Source: Squalus acanthias (lineage: Eukaryota). From it: a stretch of 64,000 bases of DNA. Within the stretch, counting starts at the first letter, position 1; the number at the start of each line of letters is the position of its first letter. The stretch covers positions 104,968,001 through 105,032,000 of the forward strand of contig CM059431.1 in NCBI GenBank assembly GCA_030390025.1, written 5' to 3'. This document shows positions 35,451 through 49,071 of this stretch, one piece after another. A program made the position numbers and the translations under genes. Under the pieces are notes generated by a model. It ran no database searches. It was not told the DNA's origin and was given only the letters and a program-made list of their open reading frames with translations.

Positions 35451-36185
35451 GGGCAAGCACTTGCTGGCAAAAAACGGCGAGTTTAATACGCACAGAATTG
35501 TTAGTGTGTAAAAAACACAGCAACCTGTGTCGAGGCAGAGATACCCCGTGAATTGCGAATCGCCACAAGTTGCTGGACGATTTGCGCCGCTCCGCCATTA
35601 GCCTCGCAAAAATGGCAGCTCGTCCTCTTACCTCCCCGTGAGTTTCAATAAATTGCGGCATTTGCGCCGTTATAATGAATTAAACTCGGCACAGACAGTT
35701 AGGGCTGGAATTTCACGGTGTAAGGACTCTTTTAATGATGAGATTTATGTTCCTCCAATGCCACTCAACCTCTCCGGTCCAGAAAGGGAACAATTGAAAT
35801 TGTGGAGTCTCACTCCAGCAGGTAGTAAATTGTTCCTTGAGGTGCTTCAAATGTTACATTTTTTTTTCTTACTTTTTCTTTCTGTCTCTTTTTTCTTTCT
35901 TTCTTAATCTACACCCTCTCTGTATTCCTGATTTGACTCTAATTCACCCTCTTTCCTTCTCTGTCGTTCCTCTGTTTCTTTCTCAATCCTGAAATCCCAT
36001 GGGTTAAGGAGACAGACTGTTGGTCCCGTCGTTCACCGAGGTCCCAGATGCCCCGTTGCCCTCGCCGTTATCAGCTCGCACTCCCAGCAAGTTAAGGTGC
36101 AAAATTAATTGGAGCTGAAGGTGAGGAGAAATATCTAACTCACCGGCCATGCCACGAGATACCCCATTCCAGCAAATTCTGGGCC
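35451..36185. mobile_element. MITE family B
   Basis: Degenerate TIRs GGGCAAGCACTTGCTGG / CCAGCAAATTCTGGGCC; interior colinear with 44248-45036. Confidence 0.7.
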
Positions 36186-36758
36186 TATGTAAATGTGTAA
36201 AAGTAACTACCAAAAAACTGCCAAAGAAAGAAATAATACCCCACGTTTTATCAGCACTCTATAAAATGCAGACATAAAATGTTATTAATATTAACATTCT
36301 TTATTATATATGTGTTGCCTTTTTCAGAATAGTTTTACTTAAACATTGAATCCTGATTATATCAGCAGGGCACTGACTGGTTGAAATTACTAAATCTGAC
36401 AGTACAAGGAAGCTGAATTTCATACACACTCAAAATGACATGCAGAATTAACATACACACAGTTGAAATTTCATGATTGCTGGAGCATCCTACAGTAATG
36501 ACTGTATCTGCACTGATATTAATTCAGCTTCTTGCCACTGTCAAGTTGCGTAACTCCTCCCAGTTACTCACTCAGCCACCATTAGTGCTCACTGTATGTT
36601 TTGTGTTTTAAAATCTAGGTAATTTGATAAATATAATCTGTGTAATTATTTGATTTTTTTTTTAAATGCCGACAGTAACAAATTTTGATTTAAAAATCCC
36701 TCAAAATTACAACATTAATATATTGGAGGACTCTTCTTTAGACAATGCAGTTAACAAT

Positions 36759-37521
36759 GGGCCAGAAATTTGGGTCAGAGGCTTCCCGCGGATGTAAGCC
36801 CCGACCTTCACTTACATAGCGCGCCTGCCGTTGTGCTGTGGGCCCGCGTGGGATTCCGGTCTTGGGCCTCCTGCAGCTGCCGGTGTGCAGTGCTCGCGTA
36901 TCCCAGGGGCGCAGTTAGTTCGAAGTGTCCCCTGGGATCACGTGGGCTATGGAGAGCCAATCGGAGCAGGGAATCTCCATTCATAGATTTGACAGGAAGA
37001 CCTGTCAAATCTATGAATAGAGATCACCCCCCAAAAGCTAACTAAAACTTCAAATACATTTTTTAAAAAATCACATTTTTAAAAAGACTATAAATTACAT
37101 AAATTAACTATTTCAAACAAAAATTTAAATTTTTGAAAAAATTAATTACAGTTTTTAACGGGGTTAAAAATAAACTTACCTTTCTTTAAAGTATTTAAAA
37201 AAGATAAACCTGTGGAAAAAATGTTTAAATTTCACTTAATTCACCACTTACCTTGTTAAAAGCAGGCCTTGCGCCTGCTTTTTCCCCGCGCAGCTTCTCC
37301 GTACTTACCCTCACTTCAAAACCTGTAAAAAAAACGGAAGTTCGCTGTGTGCGCGCTGTCTCTCCGGCGCACGCGTTTGACCTCCGAACCCCTTCCTTCA
37401 AGGGAACGGAAGTTCCGGTTTCCAGCGCATGCGCAGTGCATACTCGAAACCGGCACTTTCGCTGGGTCTACGGGTGAGTACACAGTGCGTACTCACCCGT
37501 GGAGACCCGAATTTCTGGCCC
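36759..37521 (+). mobile_element. MITE, family-A-related subfamily
   Basis: TIRs GGGCCAGAAATTTGGGTC / GACCCGAATTTCTGGCCC; flanks AAT/ATT; same internal TTTGACAGG..CCTGTCAAA hairpin. Confidence 0.88.
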
Positions 37522-37589
37522 ATTATATTTGATACTGTAATCACTAACCCTACATGCAGCAGTTAACCTGTATTTATCACTGACAGTCT

Positions 37590-38075
37590 GTGATCTCTAC
37601 AATGGAGATGTCGGGGACTCCGGCTCCACAGCGGATGAAGGCTGTAGGTAGAAACAAAGGTAAGTGAACATTTTCTAACACTTTACACTCAGCTCACATA
37701 CTTACCACTCCACACTTGCACCCATCACTCACCTCTGCATCGCACTTTCAGACCCCTCCGACCCCCGCAGACCCACTGCTCGCCTCCAACACCCTGGCAG
37801 GGTTCCCCCAGGTCGGGAAGCCCGCACTTCGGGACGAAAAATGGGGATAATCCTATTTTCTGCCTGTTAACTACCTGTTAACAGGCAGTTAGTAGGCTTT
37901 AATCCCTTCCCGCCTGCAAGGAGACGGGAGCCGGGGCAGGACGGCTTCCCACCTCCTGGCAAGAGAGCACGGAGGCGGGTTGGGGGGCGGGTTTGCCACC
38001 CGCCCCCAAATTCTGCCACTTTCCCGGCAGTCCCGCCTCCATACCCGCCTCCTCGGGGCTGAGAAAATCACCCCC
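37590..38075. mobile_element. Partial MITE family D
   Basis: Colinear with ~41305-41752. Confidence 0.75.
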
Positions 38076-39397
38076 ACTTTTCAGATCTAACCCTCTAGAA
38101 ATAAACCCTAGTGCTTGGTTTGCTTTTTTTCATGGCCTTATTAACCTGTGTCGCTACTTTTAGTGATTTGTGTATTTGAATCCAAGATCCCTTTGCTCCT
38201 CTACCCCATTTAGATTCTTATTTTCCAAGTATATGAACGGAAATTGGCTAGATATGAACTGATATTGTCCTCATATCAATTTAAACTGCATGTAATACGG
38301 TTGCTATTTATACACAATAGATCACATGATGTGATATACAATGTTAAGAGAACAACATCAGAATTTGAGGAGTTAGTGAATTTGGTTGTCTCTGCAATTC
38401 CCTTGCAATATTAAAAATTGATATCACTCTCGATTTAGTGGCAGTCATTGTTCCCCCAGGATGATACATCTCAGTCCTGTACCTTCTATTACCAGACCCT
38501 TAATATAGACCACTGTTAATCAGGCACAGCCCTGAAAGTGAGTTGTCTTTACCATTTCGCAAGCACCCCTGTTAATATAGAACACTTCAGTTTTTGGCGC
38601 CAGCTTAGTCCAGCCAATTTGATGCACAGAAGTTGTGACATTTCCTTACCGAATCCGTGATTATTTTCTTTTTGATGAATTATTATCGGATCAGCGTGTG
38701 CGGTTCCTTCTCTGTGAAACCTGCTACGACTTTGAACCTTATTTACAGCACTTTGCAATCTGTGTGTTACACGCCACACGCCTTGAAGAAGGGCCAAGTG
38801 TCTCATTTCTGTTTGTTAAGGTGCTAAATTGCATAATTTCATCATTTATCCTGGAGCGGTTTAAATTATCGTCAGGGAAAGTGACAATGCTGGAAAAGGG
38901 AAAGTACTGTTCTGAGCTCAGTGATAAAAATGCTGAGTGTGCACCTAACTACACCAAAAGTGCATTAAGATGCACCTCCAGCCCCGTTCACCCACACCCC
39001 CCAAAGGATTTAAGGATAGGACACTTGTAGAACATGCACCATTTGCTGATCTCAGTTTTATGATTCCACTTATCCTGGTGGGAATGTGAATTGTAGCTGA
39101 CTTCACAAGACTGAAAAGTGGAGTGAAAAGCCAAGTTTAACCCTTGTAGCAACGTGGATGAGTTTACTAATCTGGTTGCTGTCAGGCTGCAGGAGCTGCT
39201 GATGAGTGTCCTGGTCGTTAATGGCAATTCTGGCTTTTGATGCAATTTTGTTACATCAAGGATTGACTTAGTAGCAGCCACAAAGCAACATTCTGGTCTT
39301 TAGGTTGGTTGGAAAGCTGGCCATTAAGCCTGGCTTTCAGACAAAGAAAACATTTTTTTTCCGAAGAAGAGAAAAACCCTGCTTCCAGCTCCAAGCA

Positions 39398-40067
39398 ATT
39401 AGGAAAGCAAATGATATGTTAGCTTTTGTTACAAAGGGATAAGAGTATAAGAATAAATAGTCTTACTACAATTATACAGGGCATTGGTGAGGCCACATCT
39501 GGAGTACTGTGTGTAGTTCTGGTCTCCTTACCAAAGAAAAGACATACTTGCCTTAGAGGGAGTGCAGCGAAGGTTCACGAGACTGGTTCCTGGGATGAGG
39601 GGATTACCCTATGAGGAGAGATTGAGTAGACTCGGCCTATATTCCCTAGAGTTTAGAAGAATGAGAGGTGATCTAATTTGAAACATATAAACTTCTTTAA
39701 GGGGCGTGACCGGGTTAATGCTGGAAAAATGTTTCCCTTGGCTGGGGAATCTAGAACACGGGGTCACATTCACAGAATAAGGGGTCGGCCATTTAGGACT
39801 GAGATGAGGAGAAATTTCTTCACTCAGAAGGTTGCGAATCTTTGGAATTCTCTACCCCAGAGAGCTGTGGATGCTCAGTCGTTGAGTATATTCAAGACAG
39901 AGATCAATACATTTTTGGGAACTAAGGGAATTAAGGGATATGGGCCTAGTGCAGGAAGGTGGAGTTGAGGTAGAAGATCAGCCATGATCTTGTTGAATGG
40001 TGGAGCAGGCTTAAAGGGCCAAATGGCCTACTCCAGCTCCTATTTCTTATGTTCTTATGTTCTTATG
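39398..40067 (+). mobile_element. CR1 LINE 3' end
   Basis: LLQLYRALVRPHLEYCV..; RNFFTQKVANLWNSLP; (TATGTTCT)n. Confidence 0.92.
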
Positions 40068-40120
40068 TAAAATGGAAGCTGGTAGAAAGAAGAAAATTGG
40101 TAAATATAAAGGCCTGGAGC

Positions 40121-40594
40121 TGTGTTAGCTGTGGCTCAGTTGGTCGCACACTCTCCTCTGAGTCAGAAGGTTTGTGGGTTCAAGTCCCACTCCAGGGACT
40201 TGAACACATAAAACTAGGCTGACACTCCACTGCAGTGCTGAGGGAGTGCTGCACTGTCAGAGGTGCTGTCTTTCAGATGAGATGTTAAACCGCAGCCCTG
40301 TCTGCTCTCTCAGGTGGATATAAAAGATCCCATGGCACTATTTTGAAAAAGAGCAGGGGGAGTTATCCCCAGTGTCCTGGCCAATATTTATCCCTCAACC
40401 AACATAACAAAACAGATTATCTGGTCATTATCACATTGCTGTTTGTGGGAGCTTGCTGTGCGCAAACTGGCTGCCGCGCATCCCACATTATAACAGTGAC
40501 TACACTTCAAAAAGTGCTTAATTGGCTGTAAAGCGCTTTGAGACATCCGGTGGTTGTGAAAGGCGCTATAGAAATGCAAGTCTTTCTTTTCTTT
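40121..40594 (+). mobile_element. Full-length Deu-SINE
   Basis: A and B boxes, Deu core and tail. Confidence 0.9.
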
Positions 40595-40596
40595 TG

Positions 40597-40775
40597 CATA
40601 GATGCATTTAAGGGGAGGCTGGATAAACACATGAGGGAGAAAGGAAGTGTTGAATATGCTGATAGCGTTAGATGAAGAGGGGTGGAAGGAGGCTAATGGG
40701 GAGCATATACACTGGCATGGACAAGTTGGGCCGAATGGCCTGTTTATGTGTTGTACATTCTGTGTAATTCTATGC
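40597..40775 (+). mobile_element. CR1 3' end fragment
   Basis: IDAFKGRLDKHMREKG plus 3'UTR. Confidence 0.8.
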
Positions 40776-40950
40776 AGGAATTGTACTTCAAGATTGATAC
40801 ATGATGTTTGAATCACTCTATCAACGAAATATAAGCATTATTCGCAGCCGTACCATGATTGAACAATGAAACCGATAGAACGGATTGGCCCAGGATGATA
40901 GATACATCTGTGGACCTGTTGGCAGTGTTAAAGTTTAATCTAATGGTAAA

Positions 40951-41752
40951 GGGCCGGATTTTGCCAATGGGGAGCTTTTGGAGGCGGGACTCCCACTTGT
41001 CAGCTTTTAGTCCCGCCTCCATCGACTTCTGGCCAACCCACGCTATTTTCCCTTGATTGACCTTGTTAAGCCCGTCCAGCGGGCTCAGCAGGCTAATTAA
41101 GGCGAAGCCAGTTACAGAGAACGTCAGCGTATGACTGTCAAAAATTTTTGACAGGTGAATTGTCATCGTTTGACAGCTCTGTGAAGCTGTCAAACACTGA
41201 CATTCTATGTTGTTTGATGAGTCCTTGTATTCAAGACTCATCAAACCTCTTTCTTTAGCAGAAATTAGATGGTTGTTGCATCGGAGAATGCAGCAGCCAT
41301 CTGTCATCTCTGCCGGTGAGATGCGAGAGTCTCCGCATCCCCAACTGTTGAAGCCTGCAGGAAGAAACAAAGGTAAGTAAACTTTTTCTAACACTTTACA
41401 CTCACCTCACATATTTACCTCTCCACACTTGCACTCATCACTCACCTCCACAGCGCACTTTTGGACCCCTCCGACTCCCGCAGACCCACTGCTTGCCTCG
41501 CTGACCCTGGCGGGGTTTCCCGACGTCGGGAAGCCCGCATTTGCAGGGGTAAAATGGGAATAATCCTCTTAACTGCCTGTTAACAGGCAGTTAAGTGGCT
41601 GTAAACCCCTTCCCGCCTCGGGTACCCTCCTCCTGGGAAGATGGCACGGAGGCGGGTTGGGGGGCGGGATGGGCACCCGCCCCCAGATTCTGCCATTTTC
41701 CCGGCAGTCCCGCCTCCTTACCCGACTCCCCAGGGCTGGCAAAATTCCCCCC
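40951..41752. mobile_element. MITE family D, complete
   Basis: TIRs GGGCCGGATTTTGCCA / TGGCAAAATTCCCCCC; flanks AAA/AAA. Confidence 0.78.
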
Positions 41753-41759
41753 AAAGACT

Positions 41760-42590
41760 TCGGTCGAAAAATTCGGTTGGTTAGCGCCTCCCATTAATGC
41801 CTCTGGGGGGCTAGGAACTTAGCGCCCGAGCGCGGCGATTTTAGCACCGCTCGTGAAATTGACCAGTCATTTTGCGGTGCGCTAAACACTACCGCCATGA
41901 TCTCCTGCGCCCGCAGATCGTGACGTCAGTCGAGCGTGTAACGCCCTGGTAGTGCCCCGGAACGGATATTGAGTCGCGCTCCCTGCTTTAGCGCCTGCCG
42001 TTAGGAACGACAGGTAGAGGGGAAACGTTTTCAAGTCAGGAAGGGGCTGGGGGAGCGCTATTTAAAGGCGGGCGCTTCCTGCCTTTGCTTGTCGGCAAAA
42101 TTTTTGGTGCACGCAGGTTGAGAGGGAGAGAGACATCTGGAGAGATTTAACGCTGTCCGAAGGAGTTTTGGTCCTCAGCACCACTTTTGAGGTTCCTAAG
42201 CGCCGAGCTCTTTCCCTGGGCCTATCCATTAGTGCTTCCAACACAATTGCTTTAGAATTCTCTCCAGGCCGAGATTCAAGGCTGCAATGAGCAGGGTGTG
42301 ACTGGCCAGCAAGATGGCCCCTCCCCTTTAAGAACTGGACGGCGCCAGTCTGTCTGGCTTCCGTGGTTACTGACATCACCTGAGCTTTGGTAGCGCTCTG
42401 AGGTAGCGCCTCGTTTCCTGACATTAGCGCCTTAAGAGAGGTGTGTAGCGCCTGATTTAGCGCTCAAATCACCTCCAGAGGCGATAGAAGCGAATTTTGC
42501 AGTCGGAGGCGATAAGTAGCACCGGGTGCTAAACTTTGCGCATGGCCGATATTAGTGCGCCAAAAATGGGTGATACTCAATTTTTCCCCC
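41760..42590. mobile_element. GC-rich MITE-like element (family C)
   Basis: Many (T)AGCGCC subterminal motifs; similar to 25094-25656. Confidence 0.6.
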
Positions 42591-42874
42591 TTTAATTTCT
42601 GAGATTACAAAAACCCAGTACTGTAACCTGAGGATAGAGTTGTTATGTTATGCAGACATGAGCGGTTTGTTATACAAATTCATGCAGTCTACTGCCATTT
42701 TATCCTCAGGAATTACAGTACAAAACACAGCTGTGACTGATTGCCGTCTTGTAATGAATAAAACATTGGAACTTAAATTGTAACAGCAAGCTGAACCCAT
42801 ATATGGAATAGGCTGATCAGTAGAAATAGTTTTTCCTCCATACTTTATCAAGGCCCCTTATAAAACATCTCTAG

Positions 42875-43058
42875 CAGATCTGCTCTTACCCTTCGTTCTT
42901 CTAATGAAAAGAGCCCCACTTTCTCTAGTCTCTCCTATAGCTAAAGCCTCTTATCCCTAGTATCATCTTAGTGAATCACTTCTGCACTCTCTCCATGACC
43001 TTGATATTCTTCCTCAAGTAAGGTATCCGAAACAGAACACAATATTCTAACTGTGGTC
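42875..43058 (-). mobile_element. Old CR1 fragment
   Basis: Reverse complement of PQLEYCV.FR..YLRKNIK.MERVQK..TKMI. Confidence 0.7.
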
Positions 43059-43309
43059 AGTAAAAATGTATTTTCCCCCGCTTCAGTTTTCTCCCCAATT
43101 TTCTATCCTGATCCCCATTCCCTCAGAGCAATAATTTGCTGAGGTATAGCTCTATGCCAACAGCAGCCCTCCAGACCTTTACCCAAATAACCATTCTCCG
43201 TGTGATGTCAGGCTGAAGAGAGACGTACTGAATACAGTGCCCGGGCATCGGTGCTGCAGCCCTACTGTTTGGCATCCACGTAAATGGCCTAGATTCAGAA
43301 ACGAAATGC

Positions 43310-43915
43310 AAGTTGGTTAAAATTGCAGATGGTACAAATCTAGAGGGATCGGAGAATCTGATGAAGCAGCCAAGAAACTACACAGGGACCTAGACAGAAT
43401 TTGCAAGTAAGCAGAAGTACAACGGATGAAATTCAACACAGATACCAGATGATACCAGAAATGCAAGGGTGTATCTATCAGGAAAGGATGAACAGGCTGG
43501 GTCTCTTTTCTTTTGAAAAAAAGAAGGCTGAGGGGAGTGACCTAATAGAGGTCTTTAAAATTATGAAAGGTTTTGATAGAGTGGATACAGAGAGAATGTT
43601 TCCACTTATGGGGAAGAGCAAAACTAGAGGCCATCAATATAAGATAGTCACCAAGAAATCCAATAGGGAATTCAGAAGAAACTTCTTTACCCAAAGAGTG
43701 GTGAGAACTCGCTACCACAGGGAGTGGTTGAAGCAAATCGTATAGATGCATTTAAGGGGAGGCTAGACGAGCATATGAGGGAGAAAGGAATAGAGGGTTA
43801 TGCTGCTAGATTTAGATGAGGAAAGATGGGAGGAGGCTCGAGTGGAGCATAAATGCCGGCATGGACTGGTTGGGCCGAATGCCCTGTTTCTGTGCTGTAT
43901 ATCCTATGTAATCCT
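43310..43915 (+). mobile_element. CR1 LINE fragments and 3' end
   Basis: K.ADGTNL.G remnant; ERMNRLGLFS..DLIEVFKIMKGFDRVDTERMFP..RRNFFTQRVVR. Confidence 0.88.
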
Positions 43916-44247
43916 GCTTAAGATAATCGGAAGGTGTAATGCATGGCAAGAGAAAAATTATAGTGTTGTCGCCAGACTGCTCCTTGGCTATTGTAATTAA
44001 TTCCGGTCACTGAGGCGGAGGTCCTGTAAGTCGTGCACTGCTGATGTCAGCATTGCGAGAAGACTGAGTTATGAAGAAAGGTGAGGAAAAAACGCAAGAC
44101 TCCTCAGCTTTGAAAGGAGGCACAATTGCCCTTCTACGATTCTTATCAGCACCTTTGGTGAATTGCGGCAGGAGGATGACGCGAATTTCAGCCACGTGTC
44201 GATGGCCCTGCCTCTGCTGAGCTGAGCGACATTGAGTGGGGGAGGGG

Positions 44248-45036
44248 GGGGCAGAATTTGCTGTCAAGATAAGGCTGGGGCTAATGAGGCTCGCTGTTAT
44301 TTATGCGTAAATGGCACAGCAACTTCAGGCGAGGGGCAGACGCGCGGTTAAAGACGGAAGTCCAAAAGTTGCTGGCCAAGTTGCGCTGCTCCACCGTTAT
44401 TTTCACGAAAACAACATCTTGCCCTCTGTCTCACCATTGAAATGCATTGGACGGCGTGAAGTTGCTGCATTTGCGCAGTGGATACGAACTAAACTCACCA
44501 CAGAAAGAGAAGTCATGCCATTACAAGCGTAAGTACCCTTTTAACGACATGGTAAGTGTTAATTACTGCCAATCAGCCTCTCTGGCACTGAAAATGAACT
44601 ATTACAAGTGTGGAGTCTCAATCTTCCTGGTTTTAAATTTTTCGGGTAGATATTAAAAATGTCAAATTCTAAATTAAAATGTTTAATTTCTGTCTTTTTT
44701 TCCCACTCATCCTTAATCCAATCTTTCATTTCCCTCTCTTTATTTCTATTTCTCTACCTGATTTTGACATTGAATTCACCCCCTTTAATTCACCCTCCTT
44801 CTCAGACCCTCCGCTGTTTATTTCCCAGTCCTTCAATCCGATTGGTTACGGAGATACCCTGTTGCTTGTCCTGTTCACTCAGGTCCCAGATGCCGCGTTT
44901 CCCCATCGCTGCGCCGTTATCAGCTCGCACTCTCGGCAAACATTATGGGCAAAAAATGTTGCGCTGAAATTTGCAGGGGCAGGTCTAACTGATGGCAGAC
45001 TCCGTTAGATGCCCTGCTGCAGCAAAATCTAGTCCC
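44248..45036. mobile_element. MITE family B
   Basis: GGGGCAGAATTTGCTG ... CAGCAAAATCTAGTCC; inverted relative to 24613-25922. Confidence 0.72.
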
Positions 45037-45611
45037 GTGGTGGTTTGGGTGGTAGAGCTGGACACCTGTTTTGCAGAGTCCTCTTCTGTGTCTTTATAGA
45101 TAAATGGACAAATGTTGCAAATCTGTCCAACTCAGCATGGTGGGTCTCAAACTCAACCGTTCAATTAATCAAGACTGTTTCAGCCGGCACCAGTCCAGGC
45201 AGAATTAAATAAGGCAGTTTTAAATTAAATAAATAAATTATGTTCACACACAGGGCATCCCAAGTTATTGGGAGGCATATATATTACTTTGTTATGCAAG
45301 CTACACATTACTGAACATATCTTCCAGCCTGAAGCTCCCTGATGCTCCAAATCATTACATTCTCTTAATACTCCATCGTGAAATGGGAGAGGAGATAAAT
45401 CACCTTTTGGTGCACCCGCTGAGATCGTCAGAATAAGCAGGATTCACTGCATCAACAAGACTGCTTTTTGTTTCGTGCATTATTTTGATTTAACCATTTA
45501 AACCAAAGTAATAAGCATCGTATCATCCACTTAAGCCCCAATTCTCTGATAACGGCAATAATAGTGGTGCAGGTGCTGGGCTCTGGGGTATTTTTCTGAG
45601 CCCGCTTCCCA

Positions 45612-45752
45612 GATTTTTGTTAGAAGAGGATATTAAGGGTTACAGAGCCAAGGTGGGTAGATGGAGTTAAGGTACAGATCATCAATTAACTAACTGAACG
45701 ACGGAACAGGGTCGAGGGCTGAACGGCCTATTTCTGTTCCTATAATTCCTAT
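45612..45752 (+). mobile_element. CR1 3' end fragment
   Basis: AGATTTTTGTTAG..GATATTAAGGGTTA..GGAACAGGGTCGAGGGCTGAACGGCCTA. Confidence 0.7.
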
Positions 45753-46584
45753 TTGAATGGGCTACTGTCATATGGAAAAAGCTTTCCTTAAGGGGCTTGG
45801 CCTATAGATCACTGGGCTAGAGATCGGAAAATCTGGTGAGGTATTGGCTTGTAAAGGGCTGCAGCAGGGGAAGTGGTGGTGGTAAGAGAAAGGTTGAGCA
45901 ATTGTTCACAATGATGCAGTGGAAATATGGGGAGCTGAAGGGTTGAAGTCCTGCTGCAGGTCTTGTGTCAAATACGGGTGACTCTATTTGGGGCTGTGGA
46001 CCACCCACCAGTTAACACACAGGTGCAAACAACAAAGGGAGGGAGGTTACCAACTGTGTCACTGTAGTCATCCAGTCATTCAGAGGGAAAACTCCTGTAC
46101 AAAGTATCTCCAACTTCTTAACATTCACTGCCTTCCCTAATATAACACATGAACGAAGGCCCACCATCCCTTTCTCAGGGCAACTAAGGATGGGCAATCA
46201 ATGTGGCCTTACTAGCGTCACCCAAATATAAGGAGAAATTAAATTTAAAAAGCCCCTACCACATGTCAATCAAATCATCCAGGTTTCAAATTTCCCAGTA
46301 CAGTTTCCCAATTTTTAACCCCCCCCCCCACTCCCATTACTGTTCTTGTTGCCGTGGCTTAAAGGTCCCAGCAGAGCCTGGCAGTCAAACGTGATGGTCA
46401 ATCTGTGAAGAGCTGCATCAGCCCTCCAGCAATAAAGTGAGATATCTCTAGTATGGTTGCGCTCGCGATCCACCAACTCCCGAGAACTAGCTCATAAATA
46501 GGCAGAGGCATTTTGCAACAGAAAGTAACTGCTGGCCTATTTCTCACCACTGCACCAAAATCTGAGCAATGCAATCACAATGCA

Positions 46585-47193
46585 ATTATATCTAGAGGAC
46601 GAAAGTACAAGGGGGTAGAAGTTATGCTGCAACTGTACAAAACCCTGGTTAGACCACACCTGGAGTACTGTGAGCAATTCTGGGCACCACACCTTAGGAA
46701 GGATATATTGGCCTTGGAGGGAGTGCAGCGTAGATTTACCAGAATGATACCCGGACTCCAAGGATTAAGTTACGAGGAGAGATTACACAAATTAGGGTTG
46801 TATTCTCTAGAAATTAAAAGGTTAGGGGGTGACCTGATTGAAGTTTTCAAGATTTTAAGGGGAACAGATAGGATAGATAGAGAGAAATTATTTCCGCTGG
46901 TTGGGGATTATAGGACTGGGGGGGCTTCGTCTAAATATTAGAGCCAGACCTTTCAGGAGTGAAATTAGGAAACACTCTACACAAAGGGTGGTAGAAGTTT
47001 GGAACTCTCTTCCACAAATGGCAATTGATGCGAGATCAATTGTTAATTTTACATCTGAGATTGATAGATTTTTGTTAACCAAAGATATTAAGGGCCAAAG
47101 GCGGGTTTATGGAGTTAGGTCACAGATCAGCCATGATCTCATTGAATGGCGGAACAGGCTCGAGGGGCTCAATGGCCTACTCCTGTTCCTATG
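46585..47193 (+). mobile_element. CR1 LINE 3' end
   Basis: EVMLQLYKTLVRPHLEYCEQFWAPHLRKD..; 3'UTR. Confidence 0.92.
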
Positions 47194-48269
47194 TGTCTCT
47201 CCTTCCTGATAAGCGTGTAGTATAGGAAAAATCCCATGTCTGGAGTGCTGTGTTGTGTTTTAAGGCACATGCTGTGTATTGCTGGGCAGAAATTGGCAAT
47301 CGATGTCAACACATTAATTCCTTCAGTTTGTTGTAGTCTGCGAAGATTGCCAGCTTTCTGCAGTCTTACTGTTTCCATTTGGAAGGTACTGGCATCAAAG
47401 TGATGTGAATCTAAGGGGCCTAAAGCAAGCCAATTTCATACCGTATCCTTACTCTAAATAGCTTGCCCAATACTAACTTCATTTGAAATAATCCATGCAG
47501 TAATTAATTTCATGCAGTAAAGTCCTTTATATCAATAGAATTTACTTAGAAATCTCTAGACTACCCATCTCCCACCACCTCCAAAGGAAAAAAGTGAACG
47601 ACCAAGTTAAGAAAGTATAGTTGTTAAAAATAAAATAAGGAGACTTAAAGTGTACAATAGTGGCTATGCATTGGTTAAACTGTTTGGAACATTACACATA
47701 AATATAAATGATAGGCTAAATGATTCAAATGGGCTTTCTGTATTCTTGCACAAGGCGACTATCTCACACCGCATGAGTGTGCAACGGAAGGCCCTGGGCA
47801 GGGAGGCTCACGATTGTCCAAGACGTGTGAAGTCTCGGAAAAGCTCAGGTGACACTTTGCTCACATCTTCATATCGTGCCATCAATACCTAGCTGGGATG
47901 GCAGCACTGCACTCTATTTGTCTCCTTTAACAATACGTTGGATGTACTTAGACTAATGGTGAGCTCGATTGAAATTTGAGTCACATAGTTCTGGCAGTGG
48001 CAATAATAAGCAAAACATGAAATTTTTAGAATCCAGAGCAATGAACCAGTTTTACAGCAATATTACTTCATTAGACTACACACAGAATTGATGTACATTT
48101 TCATTGCCTAAGCAACATTAACTCTATAATGCTTTTGATTATTCTGGCTGGGGTTATTTCTCCATTGCTGGAGGATTTTGATGATTAGACTTCTCAACTT
48201 GCAGCAGGTTATTTACCTCTCAAAGGTTCTTCACAATCACTTACCACAAAACAGTCTGTCAGGCAAGTA

Positions 48270-48721
48270 AAAGAAAGAAAGACTTGCATTTATAGAGCGC
48301 CTTTCACAACCTCAGGTCATCCTAAAGCACTTTAGAGCCAATGAAGTACTTTTTGAAGTGTAGTCACTGTTGTAATGTAGGAAACGCAGCAGCCAATTTG
48401 CGCACAGCAAGCTCCCACAAACAGCAATGTGGTAATGACCAGATCATCTGTTTTAGCGATGTCGGTTGAGTGATAAATATTGGCCAGGATACCAGGGAGA
48501 ACTCCCCTGCTCTTCTTCCAAATAATGCCGATCTTTTACATCCACCTGAGAGAGCAGATGGGGCCTCGGTTTAAAAGCAGCACCTCCAATAGTGCAGTGC
48601 TCCCTCAGCACTGCACCGGAGTGTCAGCCTAGACTCTGTGCGCAAGTCTCTGGAGTGGGACTTGAACCCACAACCTTCTGACTCAGAGGCGAGTGTGCTG
48701 CCCACCGAGCCACAGCTGCCA
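48270..48721 (-). mobile_element. Full-length Deu-SINE
   Basis: Reverse complement of the head, core and tail. Confidence 0.9.
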
Positions 48722-48725
48722 CATT

Positions 48726-49071
48726 GGGCCATAATTTGCCGTAGCAGGGCAACGAACGGCGTACACCATTAGTTAGACTTGCCCTTGTCACTCAAATGGA
48801 CAAGACTTCACTTATCTGTGGCGAGTTTGATTCGTATCTACCATGCAAGTATAGGAACTTCATGCCGCTTAATGCATTCCAATGGCGAGGCAGACAGTGA
48901 GATGCCGTCTTCGCGAAGTTAAGGGCAGAGTGGCGCACCTCAGACAGCAACTTTTGGATTTCCATGTTTAACCGCGCATCTGCCTCTCGCCCGAAGTTGT
49001 TGTGCGATTTGCGCATAAATAACAGCGAGCGCCGTACGCCTCACCGTAATTTTGACAACAAATTATGGTCT
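48726..49071. mobile_element. MITE family B, internally deleted
   Basis: TIRs GGGCCATAATTTG / CAAATTATGGTCT; flanks ATT/AAT. Confidence 0.78.

Noticed and set aside
37590..37665. Plus-strand exon with AAAG|GTAAGT donor (also at ~41372)
   Set aside because: Part of a repeated MITE family. It could derive from the parent transposon, but it is not evidence of a host exon.
40813..41394. 193-aa ORF as a transposase
   Set aside because: No DDE or other recognisable motifs; it lies in a non-autonomous MITE and runs into the flank
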